From an uncultured Chloroflexia bacterium (GTDB lineage Bacteria; Chloroflexota; Dehalococcoidia; UBA2979), in assembly GCA_963728205.1 (NCBI GenBank), contig CAVSIV010000006.1, forward strand, positions 864,001 through 928,000: a stretch of DNA of 64,000 nucleotides, written 5' to 3'. Under the pieces are notes generated by a model that worked only from the letters and a program-made list of their open reading frames with translations, had not been told where the DNA came from and ran no database searches. The position numbers and the translations under genes were made by a program. Positions 58,223-64,000 of the stretch are shown in pieces (position 1 is the first letter of the stretch; each line of letters opens with the position of its first letter).

Positions 58223-59278
58223 CTACAGCACGAGCCGGCGAAAGCGCACGCTCCCCGAGAGCGCCGCGGCCAGCGCGATGCCGTCACGCAGGACGTGAGC
58301 TGCCACGCGCAGCGGTGGGCATCTCCCGACCCACCGCTCGCGATAGGTCAGAACCAGGTATGGCAGCGCGAGGAGCGCGAACGCTCGGCGCCATCGAGCG
58401 AGGAAGACCCCGAGTGCGCATGCCTGGAAGTAGAGGTGCGACCGATCCGACCACGTGCCGGCGATCAGGTAGCGGCCGAACTCGGGGTAGCGCGCCGCCT
58501 TCGCCGGCCAGATGTGGTAGTGCCAGGCGTTGCGCAGCCAGCCGGACGGCGAAAGGCGCAATACCTGGTGATAGACGAGCGCCTCGCGCGAGAACGCCGA
58601 CCGCCAGCCGGCGCGGTGCAGGCGCCAGCCGAGGTCGACATCTTCCCAGTACGCGCAGCCGGGATCGAAGCCCCCGGCGTCCACGGCGGCCGCGCGCAGA
58701 TACGCCACGTTGGACGTCGAGTACGACCCGTCGAACTCCAGCGTCTCGATGAAGTGGTTGAAGAGCGGCTGCGGCTGATCCGGATGAGCGATCGTGCGCC
58801 CCTGGACGACGCCGACCCCCTCCGTAAACGCGCCCATCATCGATCGCAGCCAGCCGCTCGTCGGAACACAGTCGCTGTCGGTGAACGCAACGACAAGCCC
58901 GCGCGCTCGCAGGAGGCCGGCGTTGCGGCTCGCCGACGGGCCGCGGTTGCGCGAGGACAGCAGCGCGCTGAACGGGGCCGGGCTGCAGTGGGCAGCCTCC
59001 TCGAGCAGCGCCCGCGTGCCGTCGGTCGATGCGTTGTCCACCACGATCACTTCGTACGCGCCGTCGGGCATGTCCTGCGCGAAGAGCGCGCGCAGCGTGT
59101 CGCCGACGAGATCGCGGCGATTGCGCACGGGCACGACGATCGACACCAGCGGAGCCGCGGGCACCGGCCGGCGGCCTTCGACGACCGCGTATTCGGCGAG
59201 CGGCACGTCCTCCAGGAAGGGCGCGCCGCGGCGCCGCGGGTGACGAGTGAGCGGGGGCGGGTCAGCGCTCGGTCTCAC
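58223..59278 (-). CDS. GT2 glycosyltransferase
   Basis: VSIVVPVRNR, VVDNASTDGT, GPSASRN, AFTDSDC, EDVDLGWR. Confidence 0.92.
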   Translation of the reverse strand: MRPSADPPPLTRHPRRRGAPFLEDVPLAEYAVVEGRRPVPAAPLVSIVVPVRNRRDLVGDTLRALFAQDMPDGAYEVIVVDNASTDGTRALLEEAAHCSPAPFSALLSSRNRGPSASRNAGLLRARGLVVAFTDSDCVPTSGWLRSMMGAFTEGVGVVQGRTIAHPDQPQPLFNHFIETLEFDGSYSTSNVAYLRAAAVDAGGFDPGCAYWEDVDLGWRLHRAGWRSAFSREALVYHQVLRLSPSGWLRNAWHYHIWPAKAARYPEFGRYLIAGTWSDRSHLYFQACALGVFLARWRRAFALLALPYLVLTYRERWVGRCPPLRVAAHVLRDGIALAAALSGSVRFRRLVL

Positions 59279-60264
59279 CGGGGCGCCTCACAGCGACCCC
59301 GCGTCCACGGGTGCGCGCGCAGCACCACCTTGTGCATCTGGTAGGCGCCGTACTGCTTCAACATCAATCGCGACACCTCGTCGACGCGACTGAAGCCCGC
59401 GACGTTCAGCATCCCGCGGAGCGCAGCGACCGACGGCATCCACCAGATGTAGCCCTCGTATCGCCTGAACTCGGTCAGCGCCTCCCCGTTTCGCCCTTCG
59501 AGATACGGGTCGAAGACCTCGGCCACGATCAGCTGTCCGCCGGGGCGGACGGTCGAGAAGACGCGCTCCAGCGCGCCCTGCGGATCGCGCAGGTGGATGA
59601 GGAGGTCGCTGATGAACACGAGGTCGAACGTGCCGACGTTTTCCGGCGAGAGGTCGTAGATGCTGATCTCGCGACGGTCGACCTTCGAGCGGAGCGCCTC
59701 GTGCGCGAGCCGGAACCCATCGCCCGTGCGCTGATCTCGCTCGGGGGACAGCTGCTCGCGCACGCGCAGCGGCAGATCGATCTGGCTGAACGACGCCAGA
59801 TCCGTCGCCACCACCTCGGCCCCTCGACGCTCGAATTCGAACGCCCAGAATCCGTCGAACGTGGCGATCTCGAGCGCGCGCATCCCGCGCATGTCCGCGG
59901 GGAGCCCGTAGCGGTCGACCGCGTCGCGGTGGTCGACGCGGCCGGGCGTCGTGACGCCGTGGGGCAGGTCAATCGCGTGGTACCAGCCGATGTCGTTCAC
60001 GCGCGCCGCGAGCGCGCGCCCCTCCGCGGTCGCGAAGGCGTCGGCGTCCAGCAGCGGCTGATCTGGGATCACCTCCTGGATGGGCAGGGTCCCCGTCTCG
60101 GCACCGGCGGACGCCCCGTCCGCGCGCGGCTCGCGCCCACGCACCTGGTCAATCGCGGGCCGCAGCCACCGATACGCACGACTCGTGCGCACCCGGGAGC
60201 GCAGGCGGTCGTCGACCTGCACACCGATTCGAACGCCGCCGATATCCAGGCGCTTCTCCCGCAT
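59275..60264 (-). CDS. CmoB-like SAM methyltransferase C
   Basis: WYHAIDLPHGVTTPG, LEIATFDGFWAFEFERRGA, FDLVFISDLLIHLRDP, WWMPS. Confidence 0.85.
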   Translation of the reverse strand: MREKRLDIGGVRIGVQVDDRLRSRVRTSRAYRWLRPAIDQVRGREPRADGASAGAETGTLPIQEVIPDQPLLDADAFATAEGRALAARVNDIGWYHAIDLPHGVTTPGRVDHRDAVDRYGLPADMRGMRALEIATFDGFWAFEFERRGAEVVATDLASFSQIDLPLRVREQLSPERDQRTGDGFRLAHEALRSKVDRREISIYDLSPENVGTFDLVFISDLLIHLRDPQGALERVFSTVRPGGQLIVAEVFDPYLEGRNGEALTEFRRYEGYIWWMPSVAALRGMLNVAGFSRVDEVSRLMLKQYGAYQMHKVVLRAHPWTRGRCEAPR

Positions 60265-60989
60265 CACGAGGCGCGCGCGCCTTCGTATGCCGGCTCGTAC
60301 GCGCCCCACAGCTGGGTGAGCTCCTGCTGGTCCTTGTAGGTGTCCATCGAACGCCAGAACCCCGTGTGCGTGTGGGCGTACAGGACGCCGCGCCGGCTCA
60401 GTGCGGGCAGCACCTCGCGCTCGAGGTTCTCCCCCTCCCAGGTGTCGAAGGCGCGCGCGTCGAACACGAAGAAGCCCGCGTTGATCCAGCGGTCCGGGAG
60501 CACGGGCTTCTCCTCGAAGTGCGAGACGGTCCCGGTCTCGCCGAAGTGCACCAGCCCGTACTGCGACCGCAGCGGCACCGTGGTCATCGTCGCGAGCGCG
60601 TCGTGCGAGCGGTGAGACTGCATGAGGGCATCCAGATCGACGTCGCCGAGGCCATCGCAGTAGGTGGCGTGGAACACGGGCGTCACGTAATCCCGGCATC
60701 CGAGGATGCGCCCGCCGGTGTCGGTCTGGCTGCCCGTGTCGACGCAGATGACGTCCCAGTCGTGCATCCCCTTGCGTACCTCGAAGTAGTCGACGATCTG
60801 TTCCTTCAGATAGCCGACGGAGAGCACGAAGTTGCGGTACCCAAAGCGCCGGTAGATCCGCATCACCTGCTCGACGATCGGCGCGTTCCCGACCGTCATC
60901 AGCGCTTTCGGCGTCTGGCTGGTGTACGGGTAAGCGCGCGTGCCCTGACCGCCGCACAGGATGACGACCGACATGTCTCGCTGGTTCAT
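60264..60989 (-). CDS. rfbF: Glucose-1-phosphate cytidylyltransferase-like nucleotidyltransferase
   Basis: VILCGGQGTR, PK.L, VDTG..T.TGGR, TY.DGL.DVD, F.EKP, WINAGFF, H.GFW..MDT.KD...L..LW. Confidence 0.8.
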   Translation of the reverse strand: MNQRDMSVVILCGGQGTRAYPYTSQTPKALMTVGNAPIVEQVMRIYRRFGYRNFVLSVGYLKEQIVDYFEVRKGMHDWDVICVDTGSQTDTGGRILGCRDYVTPVFHATYCDGLGDVDLDALMQSHRSHDALATMTTVPLRSQYGLVHFGETGTVSHFEEKPVLPDRWINAGFFVFDARAFDTWEGENLEREVLPALSRRGVLYAHTHTGFWRSMDTYKDQQELTQLWGAYEPAYEGARAS

Positions 60990-60999
60990 TCCCGGTTCC

Positions 61000-61998
61000 T
61001 CACTGACGCAGGACGAGAGCTGCTTCGACGGCGTCGGGGAGCACGGACGCGTACCAGTCGACGGAGCGCGCAATCCCCTCTTCGAGCCCGACGCGCGGCT
61101 CCCAGCCGAGGACGCGCCGCGACTTCTCGGCGGACAGCCACTGGTGTCGGATCTCGCCGTGCGCCTCGCCGAGCACGCGAGGCGACAGGTCCGTGCGGCG
61201 CGTGCCCTCCAGCACCGCGTCGACCACCTCGAGCACGGAGTGCCCCCTGCTCCAGCCGAAGTTGAACGCCTCGCCGCGGACCTCCGCGCGTTCGAGCTGC
61301 TCCGCCAGCGCGACGTAGGCGCTGACGGCGTCGTCGACGTACAGGTAGTCGCGCCGGAGCGTGCCGTCGCTGCGGATCACGGGTGCCTCGCCCGCGAGCG
61401 CGGAGCGAATCGTGCCCGGGATCAGCCGCGACCAGTTCAGGTCGCCGGGGCCGTAGATGTTTGCGCAGCGGACGATCGCCAGCGGCAGCGCGAATGATGC
61501 GTGGTAGCTGCGCGCGAGCGTCTCTGCGCAGAGCTTGGAGGCGTCGTACGGGTAGATCGCGGCGAGCGGGCTGTCCTCGGTGTACGGCAACACCCGCTGG
61601 TCGCCGTACACCTTGTCCGTCGACGCCAGCACCACGCCGCGTATGAGCGGTGCAGTGCGCGCAGCCTCGAGGACGCACCACGTGCCCCGGATGTTCGACT
61701 CGAACGTCGACACGGGCGACCGGTTCGCGATCCCGACGATCGCCTGCGCCGCGAGATGGAAGACGTACTCGACTTCGTACTCGTTGAGGACGCGCTCGAC
61801 GAGGCCGTCGTCCGTCAGCGAGCCGCGGACGACGTCGACGCCGTCCGCACCGAGCGCGTCGAGCTTCCGCAGCCCCCGCGAGTCGCGGACGATGCCGACG
61901 ACACTGGCGCCGCGCCGCGACAGACTCGCGGCAAGATTCGCTCCAACGAAGCCCCCGGCGCCGGTCACCAGCACGCTGTGTCCCCGCAGGTCCGTCAC
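61000..61998 (-). CDS. rfbG: NDP-sugar 4,6-dehydratase (CDP-glucose 4,6-dehydratase-like)
   Basis: VTGAGGFVG, FHLAAQAIV, ASTDKVYG, PYDASK, RCANIYGPGDLN.SRLIP. Confidence 0.78.
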   Translation of the reverse strand: MTDLRGHSVLVTGAGGFVGANLAASLSRRGASVVGIVRDSRGLRKLDALGADGVDVVRGSLTDDGLVERVLNEYEVEYVFHLAAQAIVGIANRSPVSTFESNIRGTWCVLEAARTAPLIRGVVLASTDKVYGDQRVLPYTEDSPLAAIYPYDASKLCAETLARSYHASFALPLAIVRCANIYGPGDLNWSRLIPGTIRSALAGEAPVIRSDGTLRRDYLYVDDAVSAYVALAEQLERAEVRGEAFNFGWSRGHSVLEVVDAVLEGTRRTDLSPRVLGEAHGEIRHQWLSAEKSRRVLGWEPRVGLEEGIARSVDWYASVLPDAVEAALVLRQ

Positions 61999-62918
61999 TA
62001 GAACGCTCCCCTCCCCGAGAGGACCGTCGGCACGGTCCGCAACAAGATCCGGATGTCGCTGGCGAGCGACCACGAGGCGATGTAGCGAAGGTCGAGCCGA
62101 AGCATCTCGTCGAAGTCGAGCAGGCTGCGCCCGCTGACCTGCCAGAGGCCGGTCATTCCCTGCGGCATCGCGAGCCGCTGCCAGTGCTCCGGTTCGTAGG
62201 CCGCGACCTCCGATGCGAGCGGCGGTCGCGGCCCGATGAGGCTGATGTCCCCCTTGAGCACGTTGACGAGCTGCGGCAACTCGTCAAGGCTCAGGCGACG
62301 GAGCACGCGGCCGACCCGCGTCTTTCGCGGATCGTCGCGGATCTTGAAGAGTGGGAAACGCTGCTCGTTCCGCCCGCGGAGCTCGGGCAGCAGATCGTCG
62401 GCATCGGCCCGCATCGACCGGAACTTGTACATGGTGAAGACGCGGCCGCCCGCAGCGGCGCGCTGCTGACGGTGCACAAGGGGGCCGGCCGACTCGAGCT
62501 TGATCGCAACGGCAATCATGGCCATCACCGGGCTGGCAACGAGCAACGCCGCCAGGGCGACGACCACATCCATGACGCGCTTCAGCCGCCGCTGAACGCG
62601 GCTGGAGGCATAGGGCGAGACCGGCGCGAGCGCCGACGATGGCGGGCGGAGGTATGTGATCTGGGGCGGAGCGCGCCGAGCGGGGACGAGTTCGGTCGTG
62701 CTCGTTTCGCCCCTCGAGACGGTCGCCGCCGGCTCCTCGGGGAGGGCGTCGAGCAGCAGGCCCATCAGTCGCGGCGCATCGTCGAGGCTCGCGAAACTCG
62801 CCTGCCGCCGTGAGCCGACGTGTGTGATCTGGCCGTGGTCGATTCGGCTCGACCAATCGACGAAGACCCGGACCACGAAGGAGTGGTAACCCGCAGGCTC
62901 CTCGGGCAGAGTCGACAT
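61998..62918 (-). CDS. Priming sugar transferase (Bac_transf, WcaJ/WbaP-type C-domain) with atypical N-terminal domain
   Basis: KR.MD, TM, F.MYKFRSM, DPR.T.VGR.LRR.SLDELPQL.NVL.G..SL.GPRP, G.TGLWQVSGRS, D..Y. Confidence 0.9.
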   Translation of the reverse strand: MSTLPEEPAGYHSFVVRVFVDWSSRIDHGQITHVGSRRQASFASLDDAPRLMGLLLDALPEEPAATVSRGETSTTELVPARRAPPQITYLRPPSSALAPVSPYASSRVQRRLKRVMDVVVALAALLVASPVMAMIAVAIKLESAGPLVHRQQRAAAGGRVFTMYKFRSMRADADDLLPELRGRNEQRFPLFKIRDDPRKTRVGRVLRRLSLDELPQLVNVLKGDISLIGPRPPLASEVAAYEPEHWQRLAMPQGMTGLWQVSGRSLLDFDEMLRLDLRYIASWSLASDIRILLRTVPTVLSGRGAF

Positions 62919-62963
62919 GGACAAACCGCCATCGCTCCCACTTGCCGCACCAGCACATGGTGC

Positions 62964-62994
62964 GTTGTAGGAGCGGCGAGTTACGCCGGAGTTA
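62964..62994 (-). promoter_or_regulatory. TAAC-N7-TAAC box + -10 (site 6)
   Basis: TAAC TCCGGCG TAAC-N10-TACAAC. Confidence 0.72.
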
Positions 62995-63041
62995 CTCTCG
63001 GCCGGCGATGGCGGCCGACCGCACGGTGGCGGCGGCAGGCA

Positions 63042-64000
63042 TTACGAATGCACCCGGCCTCCGCCGCGCTGCACGCCCGCCACTCCCTCGCCCACCGCGG
63101 GGAGGCCGAGTCCTTCGACGATTCCGTCGACGTACAGGATGGCGAGCGCTTCCTGCACGGCGCGCTCGATCGCCTCGTCGATGCGTGCCCCAAACGCTGC
63201 GCGTAGATCCGCCACGATGTCCGAGACCGAAGCGTGTCCGTCGATGCGCTTGACCACCTCGGCGACGAGCGGCGAGCACGCCGTGCCTGCGGGACGCGCG
63301 GGCGAGCGAAGCACGTACCCCCACGCGAACTCGCCGCCCTCGATCACCGGCTGCACGTCCACGCGTGCCTCCGGGGCGAGCGCGGGGCAGGCATCGGATG
63401 GCACGAGGGTGCCGTTGAGTCGTTCGCGACGCTGCTCGCGCTCCGTCTCCAGCGCGCGCACGCTCTGCACGAACGCGTTCGGCGCTTCGCCGTGCTCCAC
63501 GACGACCCGTTCGTACCCCTGCGGCGGCTGCCCCGCCACCGCGGTGATGAAGGCGTGGCGCGGCGAGTAGTCGGCATCCGCGTCGGTGATGCGTCGCGCC
63601 TCCCAGAAGTAGGAGTCAGCGGTGCGGTTGCTGGAGTAGAAGAGCTTCGCGAGCTCGTGGAAGTGCCGGTACTGCGTCCCGAAGAGCTCGCCGTAGACGG
63701 GTGCGGCGGCACGTCCGAGTCGCGGGTCCTTGCGCGCCGACACGACGTAGGCGGCGGCGAGCAGCGCCGAGCTCATCGCGAGGTGGACGCCCGACGAGAA
63801 CAGCGGGTCGACGAAGCATGCCGCATCGCCGACGAGCACCCACCCGTCGCCGGCGACCTGCTCGGAAGCGTAGGACCAGTCTTTGATCACGTGAGGACCC
63901 TCGGCGAGCGCAGCGCCCTCGAGCAGCGCGCTTACCCGGGGCGCCTCTGCCAGTCGCGCCTCGAGAAAGCGGTCGACCGGCTGTTTGCGCAGCGCGCGCT
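63042..64000 (-). CDS. Flavin-dependent halogenase-family oxidoreductase with C-terminal winged-helix (PqqD/RRE-like) domain; 5' part outside window
   Basis: KDWSY...GWVLVGDAACFVDPLFSSGVHLA, YFWEAR; tail VVKRIDG..SV.DIV..L....EA....V.EAL..LY.DG.V. Confidence 0.75.
   Translation of the reverse strand, partial: RALRKQPVDRFLEARLAEAPRVSALLEGAALAEGPHVIKDWSYASEQVAGDGWVLVGDAACFVDPLFSSGVHLAMSSALLAAAYVVSARKDPRLGRAAAPVYGELFGTQYRHFHELAKLFYSSNRTADSYFWEARRITDADADYSPRHAFITAVAGQPPQGYERVVVEHGEAPNAFVQSVRALETEREQRRERLNGTLVPSDACPALAPEARVDVQPVIEGGEFAWGYVLRSPARPAGTACSPLVAEVVKRIDGHASVSDIVADLRAAFGARIDEAIERAVQEALAILYVDGIVEGLGLPAVGEGVAGVQRGGGRVHS

Noticed and set aside
62919-63041. RiPP precursor peptide for the RRE-like domain
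   Set aside because: No credible small ORF with SD; the interval is occupied by the TAAC-box promoter.

Overview
Very GC-rich bacterial chromosomal segment. Taxonomy is inferred as Chloroflexota, probably Dehalococcoidia-like, from the Gram-positive-type GAAC-N4-GTTC LexA boxes, the dnaJ-hspR-clpC/hsp20 locus and frequent leaderless promoters. No rRNA, tRNA, CRISPR, integrase or transposase was seen. Layout: (i) 1-4.2 kb, small or hypothetical genes including a TiaS-like protein. (ii) 4.2-19.4 kb, a glycosylation block: an ECF sigma/anti-sigma fusion, a Tat beta-helix protein, a secreted Cys/His microprotein, GT2, two GT-C-like membrane proteins (one fused to a beta-propeller), ugd, a GT4-flippase fusion and a methyltransferase. 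(iii) 19.4-34.6 kb, housekeeping genes (aldolase, tandem SDRs, Crp, MFS, glycerate kinase, HAD, proA, clpC-hspR-dnaJ/hsp20), plus a LexA-boxed stand-alone zinc-ribbon microprotein and two of three REPIN-like palindromes (the third is at 1.83 kb). (iv) 34.6-64 kb, a large surface-glycan cluster: SARP/BTAD regulator, 4 GT2 domains, 5 GT4, three paralogous CmoB-like methyltransferases sharing an unusual N-terminal leader, ABC-2 exporter, delta-60 propeller plus kinase, Wzz, a degenerate CpsD, Wzy, RfbF/RfbG, a priming transferase, and a flavin halogenase-like gene cut by the window end. The strongest unannotated signal is a TAAC-N7-TAAC direct repeat 10-11 nt upstream of a -10-like hexamer, found at six operon starts in cluster (iv). 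It suggests a SARP-type regulon controlling a methyl-decorated (possibly halogenated or phosphorylated) glycan. Several indels (about 17175, 20802/20858 and 37690) probably reflect assembly errors. All product calls come from motif recognition by eye; no searches were run.
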